64,000 nt of DNA from Candidatus Latescibacterota bacterium (GCA_965215195.1 CBDCDC010000001.1:1184001-1248000), one strand, 5' to 3'; positions 39,165 through 50,188 are shown, numbered from the stretch's first letter. Numbers and translations are program-made. Notes: generated from the letters alone by a model not told the origin.

Positions 39165-39239
39165 GGTTAGTTAGAGCTGCAACTCTCGTTGATGCTCGCG
39201 AATATGGCCTCATGGCGTCGGCAGAGAACCTATTGTCCC

Positions 39240-39400
39240 GTTGGGATCGATAGGGGATGGCCGGCTGGTTATGGTCTCCGACATCCAATAACACCCGCCG
39301 AGAGCCACTGACCCGCGCCCACCAGTGCTTCACCCACGCCTTGTCCTCTGCCTCTGGGGGGCGTTGCGCCCCCGCACTAGGCCATCCACGACCGCTGAGC
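39240..39400 (-). pseudogene. Frameshifted GNAT acetyltransferase relic
   Basis: RGQGVGEALV and RRVLLDVGDHNQPAI lie in different frames. Confidence 0.6.
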
Positions 39401-39447
39401 TCACCGGGCACAACCACTGCGTTCCGCTTTCGCCGCCGATACCGCGT

Positions 39448-40461
39448 TTAGGCAAAGAGGCGGGCGATCTCGTCCACCGGGAAAGTGGGCAACGGCGCTA
39501 GATGGCCATCGCGGCGTAGCTGAAGTCCGAAGGAAGGGGGACGGACCGTGCCGATGCGGGCTGCAGCTATGTTGGCGTCGTGCAGGGCCGCGAGTATGGC
39601 GTCAGCGGAATCGGCCGCGCAGCCGATCAGCAGCGCACCCGAAGAAATCACGCCGAGGGGATCGAGCCCAAAGGCCGCGCACAGACGCGCTGTGGCCGGA
39701 TCGATGGGCAGCGCGTGGTAGTCGATTTCTGCGCCCATCGCAGACGCAGCGGTCAATTCCCACAGGCCCGTGGCGACCCCGCCTTCGGTCGGATCGTGCA
39801 TGGCGGTGACTTGTCCGGCTTGTCCGGCGACTTGGGCGTCATGCACGACGCTGATGCCAGGGGTGTGGAGGTAGTCGGCACAGGCGTCCAAAAAGGCAGG
39901 TGTACAGCCGCGAGTGCGCAGTTGTGCGCGTTTTTCGCGGGCGATGATGGCGGTGGCTTCAATGCCCAAGCCCTTGGTCAGGAGCAGGGCGTGCCCGGGC
40001 CGCAAGCCCGAGGAACGCACCAAGCGGTCGCGCGTGGTTTCCCCGAGCATCTGGCCGATGACTAGGGGGCGGTCGAGCCCATAGGTCACCTCGGTGTGGC
40101 CGCCGCAGACGGCGATGCCCAAGTCCTCGGCGGCTTGGTGGATGGAGCGGAAAATGGATTTTGTAAGCTCGGGCGTGGCGCGTTCTTCGGGGAGGAGGAT
40201 GGTGCTGAGGAAGAAGCGGGGTGTCGCTCCCATGGCGGCAATGTCGTTGGCATTGACGTGGACCGCGTACCAGCCAATCTCGTCGCTGGCGAAAGTGATG
40301 GGGTCGGTCTTGGCCACTAGCAAGCGGTCGCCGCAGTCAATGACCGCGGCGTCCTCGCCTAGGGCCGGCGGCACGAGCAGGCGCTCGTGGCGGTGGGTAT
40401 AGGCATTGAGCAGACGGGCTAGTTCAGCGGGAGGGAGCTTGCCGGCAGGGTAGGTCTTCAC
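39448..40461 (-). CDS. AIR-synthase-related (HypE/ThiL-like) protein
   Basis: GKLPP, GEDAA, KTDPITFA, NANDIA, GGHTE, MHDPTEGG; GTG overlaps upstream stop. Confidence 0.85.
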   Translation of the reverse strand: MKTYPAGKLPPAELARLLNAYTHRHERLLVPPALGEDAAVIDCGDRLLVAKTDPITFASDEIGWYAVHVNANDIAAMGATPRFFLSTILLPEERATPELTKSIFRSIHQAAEDLGIAVCGGHTEVTYGLDRPLVIGQMLGETTRDRLVRSSGLRPGHALLLTKGLGIEATAIIAREKRAQLRTRGCTPAFLDACADYLHTPGISVVHDAQVAGQAGQVTAMHDPTEGGVATGLWELTAASAMGAEIDYHALPIDPATARLCAAFGLDPLGVISSGALLIGCAADSADAILAALHDANIAAARIGTVRPPSFGLQLRRDGHLAPLPTFPVDEIARLFA

Positions 40462-41987
40462 GGGGCGTAGAAGGCGACGATGGCTTGGACGAGAGCGGGG
40501 ATACTGCTTTCGCTGGGCTGCACGTGAACGGCAAACCCGAGCTGGCGCACGGCCGCGGCCGTGGTCGGGCCAATGCAGGCGATGTGAGTGCGGGCCAATA
40601 CGGCCTCCGCGCGTTTTGGCCCTAGAACTTGATGAAAATTGTGGACGCTGGAGGGGCTGGCAAAGACGATGAGGTCGAGTTCGTTCGCGGCCAGCACGGC
40701 CGGGAGATCGACTTGGTCCGGCAGGCGATTTACGTACGTCGTTAGGTGGTGAACTTGGGCACCGCGTGCCGCGAGCGCAGCGGCGAGTTCGCTGCGCCCA
40801 ATGGAAGAAGCTGGCAAGAGGATCTGCTGGTCGGTCACATCGAATGCGGCAAAGGCGCTCGCTAGCGCAGCCTGCGATTGGCGCGGGGGCACGAGATCGG
40901 CGACTAAGCCCTGTTGGCGCAGGGCCGCGGCCGTAGCCAAGCCGACAGCCGCTATGCGCGTGTGGGCAAAGGCCCGGGCGTCGAGGCCGCGCTGGTAGAG
41001 CCGGTTGCAGAAAAAAGCCACGCTGTTGGGGCTGGTGAAGACGACCCAAGCAATGTTCCCGAGCCGGTCTTGGGCCGCATCCACAGCCGTCCAGTCGTCG
41101 GGTGGGCCGATGTGCAGGAGGGGCAGCGTCGCTACGGCCGCCCCTTCGGCTTCGAGGCGTTGCTGGAGGGGGCCGGCCTGTTCGCGGCTGCGGGTGACGA
41201 GCAGGCGGCGGCCAAAGAGCGGTTTGCTCTCAAACCAGTTGAGTTCTTGGCGCAGCGCGACGACTGGGCCGATTGCGATGAGGGCTGGCGAGCGGATTTG
41301 CTGGGCAATGGCGCGGGCTGGCAGGTGTTGGAGCTCGGCGACGACCGTGCGCTGGTCGGGCCAGGTCCCCCATTCAATAGCTGCGGCCGGCGTTGAGGCC
41401 GGCCGACCCCGAGCGACGAGATGCTGACATATACTGGCGATCTTGCGGACGGCCATGAAGATGACGAGGGTGCCGTCAAAGGCCGCTAGCTGGTCCCAGT
41501 TGATGGCCGAGTCGGGCTTAGCTGGATCCTCGTTGCCGGTGACCAGCAGCGCGGCCGAGGCCATGCCGCGGTGAGTTAGGGGGATGCCGGCGTAAGCTAA
41601 GACGCCAGAGGCTGCGGAGACGCCCGAGACGATTTCAAAGGGGATGCCGGCCCGGCGCAGGTGCAGGGCCTCTTCGCCGCCGCGGCCGAAGATGAAGGGA
41701 TCGCCGCCTTTGAGGCGGACGACGATATGGCCTTGGCGGGCGCGAGCGACGAGGAGCGCATGGATCGCGTCTTGGGAGGGGTTTTTGCGGCCGCCGCGTT
41801 TGCCGACTGCGATTTGCTCGCACGTGTTGGGCACTAGGTCGAGCAAGCGGTTGTCGAGAAGGTCGTCGTACAGGACGACGTCGGCCTCGCGCAAGTAGCG
41901 CAGGCCCTTGAGGGTTAGCAGGCCGGGGTCGCCAGGGCCGGCCCCGACGATGTACACGGTGCCCGGGGTGGCGTATTCAGCGGACAT
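40458..41987 (-). CDS. cobA: Uroporphyrinogen-III C-methyltransferase/synthase fusion (CobA-HemD)
   Basis: GAGPGDPGLLT, LKGGDPFIFGRGGEE, then FTSPNSV and FASPSSV. Confidence 0.92.
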   Translation of the reverse strand: MSAEYATPGTVYIVGAGPGDPGLLTLKGLRYLREADVVLYDDLLDNRLLDLVPNTCEQIAVGKRGGRKNPSQDAIHALLVARARQGHIVVRLKGGDPFIFGRGGEEALHLRRAGIPFEIVSGVSAASGVLAYAGIPLTHRGMASAALLVTGNEDPAKPDSAINWDQLAAFDGTLVIFMAVRKIASICQHLVARGRPASTPAAAIEWGTWPDQRTVVAELQHLPARAIAQQIRSPALIAIGPVVALRQELNWFESKPLFGRRLLVTRSREQAGPLQQRLEAEGAAVATLPLLHIGPPDDWTAVDAAQDRLGNIAWVVFTSPNSVAFFCNRLYQRGLDARAFAHTRIAAVGLATAAALRQQGLVADLVPPRQSQAALASAFAAFDVTDQQILLPASSIGRSELAAALAARGAQVHHLTTYVNRLPDQVDLPAVLAANELDLIVFASPSSVHNFHQVLGPKRAEAVLARTHIACIGPTTAAAVRQLGFAVHVQPSESSIPALVQAIVAFYAP

Positions 41988-42892
41988 CAGGGCACCTGCA
42001 AGAGGTCGTCGGCACCTTGGGCGCGTAGGGCGTCTGCAAGAGATGCGCCTAGGGACTCGGCACAGGCGCGGGGAGCGCGCAGTTCGGTGCGCAGCAACTG
42101 GGTGCCTTCGGGATGGCCCACCAAGCCGTCGAGCGCGAGGAGGTCGCCCTCGATGCGGCCCCAAGTGCCGACGGGCGCGTGGCACCCGGCGCGTAGAGTG
42201 TGCAGTAGGTGGCGCTCGGCTTGTACCGCAGCTAAAGTTGGGGCGTGGTTGAGAGCTGCGACAGTGGGACGCGCCGGGTGATCGGTGCGCATTTGCAGCC
42301 CTAAAGCGCCTTGGCCGGGCGCGGGCAGGACCTGATGCAGGGGCAGGTAGCAGCCGACGCGCTCCTGCCAGCCGAGGCGGTTGAGTCCGGCAACGGCCAA
42401 GACGACGGCCTCGCACTCGCCGCGCCCGGCCTTGTCGATGCGGGTGTCTAGGTTGCCGCGGATATCTAGGATGTTCAGGTCGGGCCGCAGGGCCTTGAGT
42501 TGGGCGCGGCGGCGCAGGCTGCCCGTGCCCACCCGTGCGCCATCCGGCAAGTCGGCCAGCGAAAATATGCCGGGGCCGACGAGGGCGTCGCGCACATCTT
42601 CGCGCTCGGGCGTGGCGACGAGGGCGAGGTCGGGGTGCATCTGGGTCGGCAGGTCTTTGAGGCTGTGAACCGCTAGGTCAATGTGCTCGGCTAGTAGAGC
42701 GGATTCGAGGGCTTTGGTAAAAACGCCCGTGCCTCCCAAGCTACGCAGCGAATCCGTCGTCGCGTCGCCGGTGGTGCGGATAATTGAAATCTCAATGTCC
42801 AGCCCGTCGTGCAACGCCAGCAAGCGGTTGCGGACCTCGTGGGCTTGGACGCGGGCGAGTTGGCTGCCGCGGCTGCCGATGACGAGTTTCAC
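41987..42892 (-). CDS. hemC: Hydroxymethylbilane synthase
   Basis: GSRGSQLA, VHSLKDLP, GTGSLRR, RGNLDTR. Confidence 0.95.
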   Translation of the reverse strand: MKLVIGSRGSQLARVQAHEVRNRLLALHDGLDIEISIIRTTGDATTDSLRSLGGTGVFTKALESALLAEHIDLAVHSLKDLPTQMHPDLALVATPEREDVRDALVGPGIFSLADLPDGARVGTGSLRRRAQLKALRPDLNILDIRGNLDTRIDKAGRGECEAVVLAVAGLNRLGWQERVGCYLPLHQVLPAPGQGALGLQMRTDHPARPTVAALNHAPTLAAVQAERHLLHTLRAGCHAPVGTWGRIEGDLLALDGLVGHPEGTQLLRTELRAPRACAESLGASLADALRAQGADDLLQVP

Positions 42893-42919
42893 GAGGTGTG
42901 GCCGTAGGGTGTATATAGA

Positions 42920-42956
42920 GCAAGGGAAGATTCCCCCAGTGGAAATCTTCCCTTGC
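42920..42956. terminator. Hairpin downstream of glnA
   Basis: 13-bp stem GCAAGGGAAGATT / AATCTTCCCTTGC; no clear U tract. Confidence 0.55.
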
Positions 42957-42982
42957 CGCGAGTGCCCGTAGGTTGGTAGGGT

Positions 42983-44452
42983 TTACACGTCGTAGTAGAG
43001 TGCGAACTCATAGGGATGGGGCCGCAAGCGGATGGCATCGACCTCCTCGGTGCGCTTGTAGTTGATCCACGCGTCGATCAGGTCGTCGGAGAACACATCC
43101 CCCTGCAACAGAAAGTCCCGATCCTGATTCAAGTGATCCAACGAATCCTCCAACGACCCGGCTGTCTGCGGCACCCCGGCTCGCTCCTCGGCCGACAGAT
43201 CATACAGATTCTTGTCCAGCGGTGCCCCCGGATCCCGCTGCTGCTCAATCCCGTCCAGCCCCGCCATCAGCATCGCCGACAGCGCCAAGTACAGATTGCA
43301 CGACGGATCCGGACAGCGAAACTCCACCCGCTTGCTCTTGGGACTGGGCGAATACATTGGAATGCGCACGGCCGCACTGCGGTTGCGCTGGGAATACGCC
43401 AAGTTCACCGGCGCTTCGTAGCCGGGCACCAGCCGCTTGTAGGAGTTGGTCGTCGGGTTGGTGAACGCCAGCAGCGCCGGCGCGTGGTGCAACAGCCCGC
43501 CGATGTAGTGCAGTGCCATCGGGCTGAGGCCGGCGTAGCCGTTGCCGGCAAACAGGGGCTGGTCGCCCTGCCACAGGCTCTGGTGAGTGTGCATGCCCGT
43601 GCCGTTGTCCTCAAACAGCGGCTTGGGCATGAACGTGGCCGTCTTGCCGTGCTGCCGCGCCACGTTCTTGACGATGTACTTGTACAGCATCATCCGGTCG
43701 GCGCACACCAGCAGCGGACAAAAGCGGATGTCGATTTCGCCTTGGCCGGCCGTGCCCACCTCGTGGTGGTGAATCTCCACGTCAATGCCGCAGGCAATCA
43801 TGGTCTGCACCATCTGGGTGCGGAGGTCTTGCAGGGAGTCGGTCGGCGGCACGGGAAAGTAGCCGCCCTTGTAGTCGGGCTTGTAGCCTAAGTTGGGGCC
43901 TTCGGCTGAACCGCTGTTCCAGCGGCCTTCGGCCGAGTCGATCGCGTAGAAGCCCTGATGGGCTTGCTGATCGAAGCGGATGTTGTCGAAGACGAAAAAC
44001 TCGGCTTCGGGGCCGAAGTAGGCCGTGTCGGCCAGCTGGGTGTGTAGCAGGTAGGCTTGGGCGCGCTGGGCAACGCCGCGCGGATCGCGGGCATAGGGCT
44101 GGCGGGTGATGGGGTCTTCAATGGAGCAGACCAAAGACAGGGTGGGCACTTGGGTGAACGGGTCCATCACGGCCGTGGTTGGATCGGGTATCACCAGCAT
44201 GTCGGATTCGTTGATTTCCTGCCAGCCGCGAATGGAGGAGCCGTCGAAGCCGAGGCCGTCGTCGAACAGGTCGGGGGTGAGGTCGGCGGCGGGCATGGTG
44301 AAGTGCTGCCAGATGCCGGGCAGATCGACGAACTTGAAATCGACCATCTGGGCTTTGTGCTGGCGGCCTAAGGCCAGCGCGGACTCAATCGCGCTGGGCC
44401 CAGAGGACTTGGCTTTGGTTTTGGCTTTCGGTTTGGCTTTGGCTTTGGCCAT
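42983..44452 (-). CDS. glnA: Glutamine synthetase type I
   Basis: [35 protein letters not shown] adenylylation motif. Confidence 0.97.
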   Translation of the reverse strand: MAKAKAKPKAKTKAKSSGPSAIESALALGRQHKAQMVDFKFVDLPGIWQHFTMPAADLTPDLFDDGLGFDGSSIRGWQEINESDMLVIPDPTTAVMDPFTQVPTLSLVCSIEDPITRQPYARDPRGVAQRAQAYLLHTQLADTAYFGPEAEFFVFDNIRFDQQAHQGFYAIDSAEGRWNSGSAEGPNLGYKPDYKGGYFPVPPTDSLQDLRTQMVQTMIACGIDVEIHHHEVGTAGQGEIDIRFCPLLVCADRMMLYKYIVKNVARQHGKTATFMPKPLFEDNGTGMHTHQSLWQGDQPLFAGNGYAGLSPMALHYIGGLLHHAPALLAFTNPTTNSYKRLVPGYEAPVNLAYSQRNRSAAVRIPMYSPSPKSKRVEFRCPDPSCNLYLALSAMLMAGLDGIEQQRDPGAPLDKNLYDLSAEERAGVPQTAGSLEDSLDHLNQDRDFLLQGDVFSDDLIDAWINYKRTEEVDAIRLRPHPYEFALYYDV

Positions 44453-44511
44453 GAGAAGTCCTTTCTCGCGTCGAATAATGCTTTAAGGTGGTTAAACAAA
44501 ACAAAGATTCA

Positions 44512-44587
44512 ATAGTACGATCCTGTAAATTGGCTGTCAAGCAAGTTGGTAAGCGAACCTTGACAAGCAATCGGCGGCTTTTATTAT
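44512..44587. promoter_or_regulatory. Back-to-back sigma70 promoters for glnA (-) and hrcA (+)
   Basis: Minus TTGACA-N17-TACTAT (44540-44512); plus TTGACA-N16-TATTAT (44560-44587). Confidence 0.7.
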
Positions 44588-44641
44588 TTCTCAAAGTCAG
44601 TATTTATCTAAAGTTTATGCCGCTGGAGATGCTTTCCGGCC

Positions 44642-45676
44642 ATGGCCACTATCCCGCTATCCAAACGCGAAATCCAAGTTCTTCTTGCCTTGGTTAAAGT
44701 CCACGTTGCCCTCGGCGTCCCGGTTGGCTCGCAGACGTTGAACCAGCGCGAGAACTTGGGCGTTAGCTCGGCTACCATACGCAATACCTTGGCCTCTCTA
44801 GAGGAAAAGGGCTACGTCTGCCAGCCCCATGTCTCGGCAGGCCGCATTCCCTCTGAAAAGGGCTACCGATTCTACGTGCAGCGCTGCATGGCAACGGCAG
44901 ACGATGGTTCGGACTCGGTCGGGGTCGTCCTGCGGCAGCAGATGGAGGCCGCACAACAAGAGGGCGATTACGAGGAGATCCTGCATCAACTGGCGCGGAC
45001 CATCGGCGATCTGTCGAATCAACTCGGGTTGGTTTTGGCGCCGCGCTTCAAGCAGGGCATCTTTCACAAGCTGGAGCTTTGGCGCTTGGGGGAGCGTCGC
45101 CTGTTGCTCGTCATCACGATCCGCGGGGGCCTGACAAAGAGCTTGATGGTCGAAGTAAATTGTGCGGTGTCGCAGCGCGACCTAGAGGCACTGAGCCGGC
45201 TTTTTAACGAGCGCTTGCACGGGTTGGCGATGGCTGAAATCCAAGACGCGGTCGAGGAGCGAATGGCCGAGTTGGGGCCGGTTTCGCGGCCGGTTGTGGA
45301 GGCCGTCGTGCGGCAGATCGAAGACTTGGCCACTACGCGCGGTGCCGATCTCCACGTCTCGGGGACCCGCAATCTCTGCCTAAAGCCCGAATTTGACGAT
45401 CCGAGCCAAGTGGCTAGTTTGGTCGATTTGGTGGAGAAAAAGGACATCCTCGCCCAGCTTATGAGCGAGCGGCGCGGCGTGGTTATCACCATTGGTTCCG
45501 AGCACCGGCAGCGGGCGATGGGGCGGTGCAGCATGGTGACGGCTAGCTACGAGGTCACCGGAGCCAAAGGCGTGATCGGCGTGATCGGCGTGATCGGCCC
45601 GACGCGCATGCCCTACAGGTCCTTGGTGAACTTGGTCAATTGCGCGGCCTCCCGAGCGGCGAGTCTAGTCTGCTAA
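44642..45676 (+). CDS. hrcA: Heat-inducible transcription repressor
   Basis: PVGS, SSATIRN, PHVSAGRIPS..GYRFYV, GVIGPTRMPY. Confidence 0.95.
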   Translation: MATIPLSKREIQVLLALVKVHVALGVPVGSQTLNQRENLGVSSATIRNTLASLEEKGYVCQPHVSAGRIPSEKGYRFYVQRCMATADDGSDSVGVVLRQQMEAAQQEGDYEEILHQLARTIGDLSNQLGLVLAPRFKQGIFHKLELWRLGERRLLLVITIRGGLTKSLMVEVNCAVSQRDLEALSRLFNERLHGLAMAEIQDAVEERMAELGPVSRPVVEAVVRQIEDLATTRGADLHVSGTRNLCLKPEFDDPSQVASLVDLVEKKDILAQLMSERRGVVITIGSEHRQRAMGRCSMVTASYEVTGAKGVIGVIGVIGPTRMPYRSLVNLVNCAASRAASLVC

Positions 45677-45707
45677 CGAGTTCACAAGTTAAGAGTAAGG
45701 AGCGTCG

Positions 45708-46319
45708 ATGAGCGAGCGCGAAACTCAGGACCGCGTCGCAGTAGAAGAAGCGAGCGCGGAGGATGTCGTCGAACCGCAGGCGGAAGCGGTGGCGGAACCC
45801 CAAGAAGCAGCAGCAGCGGCGGAATCACAGGAAGCAGCAGCAGAGCCTGAGGCCGATGGGCGGGCCGAACTCGAGGCTGCTCGCGCCGAGGCGGCGGCAA
45901 ATTACGACCGCTATGTGCGGGCGGTCGCCGAGTTGGATAACTACCGCAAGCGCACGGTGCGGATGCGCACGGAAGCCCGGGATGAGACCGTGCGCGATGT
46001 CTTGTTGCAAGTCGCGCCGATCTTGGACAACTTGCGCCGCGCCCTCCATCAGGAGACCCAAGAAGTCGATTTACTCAAGCAAGGCGTCGAGTTGATTTGC
46101 GGCCAATTCAACGACGTCCTCAAAGGCTATGGGCTAGCCGAGATCGAGGCGGTGGGACAGCCTTTTGACCCCAAAGTCCACGAGGCCCTAGCCGAAGTCC
46201 CGGACGGCGAGCACTCCCCGGGCACGGTCATTGAGGAGATGGAGAAGGGCTACAAACTCAACGACAAGGTGGTCCGTTACGCGCGCGTCGTCGTCAGCAA
46301 GGCCAGCGCGGAGAGTTGA
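45708..46319 (+). CDS. grpE: Nucleotide exchange factor GrpE
   Basis: AELDNYRKR, FDPKVHEA, KGYKL. Confidence 0.95.
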   Translation: MSERETQDRVAVEEASAEDVVEPQAEAVAEPQEAAAAAESQEAAAEPEADGRAELEAARAEAAANYDRYVRAVAELDNYRKRTVRMRTEARDETVRDVLLQVAPILDNLRRALHQETQEVDLLKQGVELICGQFNDVLKGYGLAEIEAVGQPFDPKVHEALAEVPDGEHSPGTVIEEMEKGYKLNDKVVRYARVVVSKASAES

Positions 46320-46327
46320 GGAACCGA

Positions 46328-47467
46328 ATGTCCAAAAGGGACTACTACGAGGTACTGGGCGTCGAGCGAGACGCCAGCGAAAACGCGATCAAAGGGGCCT
46401 ACCGCAAGAAGGCCCTGAAGTACCATCCCGATCGCAATCCCGGAGACGCAGCGGCCGAAGAGCAATTCAAGGAGGCTTCCGAAGCATACGAGGTGCTTTC
46501 GGATCCAGAGAAGAAGGCCGCGTACGATCGCTATGGCCACGCCGGCATTGAGAGCGATTTCAGCAGCGGTGGCTTTCAGTGGTCGGATTTTACGCACGCT
46601 GGCGATTTTCAAGACATTTTCGGCGATATTTTTGAGAGTTTCTTCGGCGGGGGTCGGCGGTCGCGGGGATCGGTGAAGCCAAAAGGTCGCGACTTGAAAA
46701 TCAAGGTGGCCTTGACCTTAGAAGAGATCGCCACAGGCGTAGAAAAGAACATCGCCCTGACGCGCTTGCAGCGCTGCAAAAGCTGCGAGGGGACCGGCGC
46801 GGCCGGTGGAGCAGGCCGCAGGGCCTGCGGCACTTGCGGCGGGCGGGGTCAAGTGCACCAGAGGGGGCACACCCTCTTTGGGCCGTCGATGACCGTGGTG
46901 ACGTGTCCGACCTGCGAAGGGGAGGGCCACATTGTGTCCAATCCCTGTCCAGAGTGCCGGGGCGAGGGCCGCGAGCGCGGCCAAACGACCCTGACGGTGC
47001 GGATCCCCGCCGGCGTCCAGGAAGGCAACTACATTCCATTGCGCGGCCAAGGCGAAGTCGGGCCGCGCGGGGGGCCAGCCGGGGATTGCTTGGTCTTTAT
47101 AGAGGAAAAAGAGCACGCCTATTTCACCCGCGACGGCAACCACGTGATCTACCAATTGCCCTTGGGCTTTGGCCAAGCCGCACTAGGCACAGAGGTAGAA
47201 GTCCCGACCTTGTCCGGCAAGGCCATGTTGAAGATCCCCGCTGGCACCCAATCCGGGCGCATCTTCCGCATGGGCGGCCGGGGCATCCCAGACGTCAACG
47301 GCCGCGGCGTCGGCGACCAGCTAGTCGAGGTCGTCTTGTGGACTCCCGAGGGCCTCAGCCGACGAGAGCGCGAACTTTTTGCCGAGCTAGCCCAGCTCGA
47401 ACAAGCGCGCGTCGCCAAAGAGGGCGAGAGCTTCTTCGCCAAAGTGCGCAAGGCCTTCCGGTCCTAA
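46328..47467 (+). CDS. dnaJ: Chaperone DnaJ
   Basis: DYYEVLG, HPD, four CxxCxGxG repeats. Confidence 0.97.
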   Translation: MSKRDYYEVLGVERDASENAIKGAYRKKALKYHPDRNPGDAAAEEQFKEASEAYEVLSDPEKKAAYDRYGHAGIESDFSSGGFQWSDFTHAGDFQDIFGDIFESFFGGGRRSRGSVKPKGRDLKIKVALTLEEIATGVEKNIALTRLQRCKSCEGTGAAGGAGRRACGTCGGRGQVHQRGHTLFGPSMTVVTCPTCEGEGHIVSNPCPECRGEGRERGQTTLTVRIPAGVQEGNYIPLRGQGEVGPRGGPAGDCLVFIEEKEHAYFTRDGNHVIYQLPLGFGQAALGTEVEVPTLSGKAMLKIPAGTQSGRIFRMGGRGIPDVNGRGVGDQLVEVVLWTPEGLSRRERELFAELAQLEQARVAKEGESFFAKVRKAFRS

Positions 47468-47473
47468 AAGCAG

Positions 47474-48253
47474 GTGCGCTTGTCCGTTCCCCGAACCGGC
47501 CCCTTAGCCCAAGTGCGCCATGCCATCGCCATTGCCAGCGCCAAGGGCGGCGTGGGCAAATCAACGGTAAGTATCAACTTGGCCGTGAGTCTGGCGGCCC
47601 AAGGGGCTCGCGTCGGCCTCCTCGACGCCGACATCTACGGCCCGAGCATTCCCTTGATGATGGGTATCAGGCAGCAGCCCGCAACCGGGCTGGAGGGCAC
47701 TATGCGCCCGGTGTACAAGGCCGGGGTCGCCCTGATGTCGATTGGTTTTATCGCCGGCGAGGACGCGCCCGTGGTCTGGCGCGGGCCGCTCTTGGCCCGG
47801 GCCTTGCAGCAGTTTTTGAACCAAGTTGAGTGGGGTCCGCTCGACTATTTGTTGATCGATCTGCCGCCTGGCACCGGAGATGTGCCGCTTACCTTGAGCC
47901 AAGCCGTAGCCCTGTCCGGTGCCTTGATCGTGACCACTCCGCAGAGCGTGGCGCTAGAGGATGTGGAGCGGGGCATTGCCATGTTTGCCAAGGTTGAGGT
48001 GGATATCCTCGGGATCGTCGAAAACATGAGCTACTACACGTGCAGCCAATGCGGCCAACGCCACGAGATATTCGGGTGCGGCGGGGGGCGCGAGGCCGCG
48101 GAGCGGTTGGGGTTGCCCTTTTTGGGGGCGCTGCCCCTCTCGGCTGCAATCCGCCAGAGCGGAGATGAGGGGCGAGCCGCGCCCGACTCCCTTTTTGCCT
48201 CAATCGGCGAGGGTTTAGTCGCCGAGCTGGGCCGCTTGGAGGCCAGTGAATAA
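47474..48253 (+). CDS. mrp: Mrp/ApbC Fe-S cluster carrier ATPase
   Basis: KGGVGKST, DADIYGPS, DLPPGTGD, ENMS..CxxC. Confidence 0.9.
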   Translation: MRLSVPRTGPLAQVRHAIAIASAKGGVGKSTVSINLAVSLAAQGARVGLLDADIYGPSIPLMMGIRQQPATGLEGTMRPVYKAGVALMSIGFIAGEDAPVVWRGPLLARALQQFLNQVEWGPLDYLLIDLPPGTGDVPLTLSQAVALSGALIVTTPQSVALEDVERGIAMFAKVEVDILGIVENMSYYTCSQCGQRHEIFGCGGGREAAERLGLPFLGALPLSAAIRQSGDEGRAAPDSLFASIGEGLVAELGRLEASE

Positions 48254-49127
48254 ACGGGCTTGGCACTGCTTGCGGCTAGAGGTGCCGGCGGCTTGCGCCG
48301 AAGAGGTGAGCGCGTGGGCGTACGCGCTGGGTAGCTGCGGCCTGCAGGCCGAGGAAGCGGGAGAGCGAACTCGGTTGAGCGCGTACTTTGCGGCCGAGCC
48401 GGTGTGCGATTTGGCTGGGGTGCGGCGCGAGCTGACGCATAGGCTCGCCGCGCTCGGCTTGGCCTCGCCGATAGGCACCGAATGCGTGGAGGAACGGGAT
48501 TGGGAGACCGAGTGGCGGCGGTTCTTTGCGCCGGTGTGGGCCACCGAGCGGATCGTCGTCCATCCTTCGTGGATTCCGGTCGAGATAGTCGAGGGCCAAA
48601 TTGCCGTGCGCATAGATCCCAAAATGGCCTTTGGCACGGGCGCGCACGAATCAACCCAGCTCTGTTTGCAGGCTCTGGAGAGTTATCTGCGCCCCGGGGC
48701 GCGCTGTCTGGACTTGGGGACGGGCAGCGGCATTCTCAGCATTGCGGCCGCGCTGCTGGGGGCCGGGTCGGTGCTCGCCTTAGACATTGACGAGCAGGCC
48801 GTGGCCAATGCGCGGGAAAACTTGGCCCACAACCGCATCGGCTCGCAGCAGGTTGAGGTGCGGCTGGGAGGGGTGGAGGCAGTCGCGGAAAGGTCCTTTG
48901 ACTTGGTCTTGGCCAACATCCAAAGCCATGCGCTGCGGCCCCTTTTGGCCCCTTTGCGCGGTTTGTTGGCGGCGGATGGGCGGGTCGCGTTTTCGGGTTT
49001 GCTGGCGCGGGAAGAAGCGGCTTTTTGCCACTGGATCACAGAAGCTACATTGGAGGTCGATACCATTTTGGCAAAAGAGGCGTGGATCTGCGTGGTAGCG
49101 CGAAACTGTGGAGGCCAACTTGACTAG
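48246..49127 (+). CDS. prmA: Ribosomal protein L11 methyltransferase
   Basis: [29 protein letters not shown]. Confidence 0.93.
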   Translation: MNKRAWHCLRLEVPAACAEEVSAWAYALGSCGLQAEEAGERTRLSAYFAAEPVCDLAGVRRELTHRLAALGLASPIGTECVEERDWETEWRRFFAPVWATERIVVHPSWIPVEIVEGQIAVRIDPKMAFGTGAHESTQLCLQALESYLRPGARCLDLGTGSGILSIAAALLGAGSVLALDIDEQAVANARENLAHNRIGSQQVEVRLGGVEAVAERSFDLVLANIQSHALRPLLAPLRGLLAADGRVAFSGLLAREEAAFCHWITEATLEVDTILAKEAWICVVARNCGGQLD

Positions 49128-49572
49128 CATCCTAGTCCTACACGGACCCAATCTCAACTTGCTGGGAACGCGCGAGCCCGAGGTATATGGTCGGGAGACC
49201 TTGGCCGCGATCGACGCGTTGATTGCCGATCGCGCACAGCGGCTTGAAGTACAGGTGCGCTGCTGCCAATCCAATTGCGAGGGCGCACTAATCGACGCCT
49301 TGCACCAAGCCCAAGAGCAGGGCCTGCTGTTCAATCCGGGTGCTTTCACCCACTATAGCTTGGCCCTGCGCGACGCCGTGGCGGCCAAGGGGTTGCCGAC
49401 CGTTGAGGTGCATCTGTCCAATGTCCACGCTCGGGAGGCGTTTCGCCAGCACTCGGTTATCGCGCCCGTCTGCCTCGGGCAAATCGCTGGGTTTGGCAGT
49501 TTTAGCTATGTGCTCGGGCTAGAGGCTTTGGTGCAACACTTGCGGGGTGCGGAAGGTGCTCAGAACGAATAG
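49120..49572 (+). CDS. aroQ: Type II 3-dehydroquinate dehydratase
   Basis: [28 protein letters not shown]. Confidence 0.95.
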   Translation: MTSILVLHGPNLNLLGTREPEVYGRETLAAIDALIADRAQRLEVQVRCCQSNCEGALIDALHQAQEQGLLFNPGAFTHYSLALRDAVAAKGLPTVEVHLSNVHAREAFRQHSVIAPVCLGQIAGFGSFSYVLGLEALVQHLRGAEGAQNE

Positions 49573-50144
49573 ACGTAGGATACGCCGATGCGCGGCTCGC
49601 CGTCGCGGAAACTGAGTTCGGGAAAGACGCGGCGGGTGCTTTTGCGCGGGATCAGGGCCACTCCGAGGCTGCCGACCGCGAGAACGGCTGTGGACCAGCC
49701 GTAGAGGCGGGCGCGATCGGCTTTGTCGTCGAGCTTTTGGGCGCGAGCTAGCTGGCCGTGTTCGCGGTTGAGGGCCGCTTCGGCTTCGTTGTCGGAAGCT
49801 CGGTCGAATTGCAGCCAAGAGAGCAGGCTAAAGGCGAGGGCGCCCCCGAGAAAGCTGATGTAGGGAAACTCGGTCACCGAGATCGTTTGGGCACCCCCGC
49901 CCAGCGATTCGAGGGTGACGATTTTGTCGATTTCGGTCTTGTCGAAAGTGAAGATCTTGTCGTTGACGCGCATGATGACCAGCTCTTGATCCCTTTCGAC
50001 TAGATTGCCTTCCACCAAGCTGCCATCGGCTAGATAGAGTCGGGTGTCTGCCCCGGCGATAGGTTCCGGTTCCGTCTCGGCGAGGGCCAAGACGGGTTGC
50101 AAAACGAGGCACAAGCAGGCAACTAACGCCGTGTAGCGCTTCAT
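49560..50144 (-). CDS. Hypothetical exported/membrane protein
   Basis: Signal peptide, two hydrophobic helices, C-terminal aromatic VYSF; AGGAG RBS. Confidence 0.7.
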   Translation of the reverse strand: MKRYTALVACLCLVLQPVLALAETEPEPIAGADTRLYLADGSLVEGNLVERDQELVIMRVNDKIFTFDKTEIDKIVTLESLGGGAQTISVTEFPYISFLGGALAFSLLSWLQFDRASDNEAEAALNREHGQLARAQKLDDKADRARLYGWSTAVLAVGSLGVALIPRKSTRRVFPELSFRDGEPRIGVSYVYSF

Positions 50145-50188
50145 GTTAAGGCTCCTCTCTTTTCGCAAATATACGAGGTCGATACCCC

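Noticed and set aside
32800-39180. Integron cassette array (attC-like CTAAC..TTAG ends)
   Set aside because: No integrase, mixed gene orientation, and ends do not fit RYYYAAC/GTTRRRY with extrahelical bases
45780-45845. GCA-rich repeats in grpE
   Set aside because: Encode the usual disordered E/A-rich N-terminus
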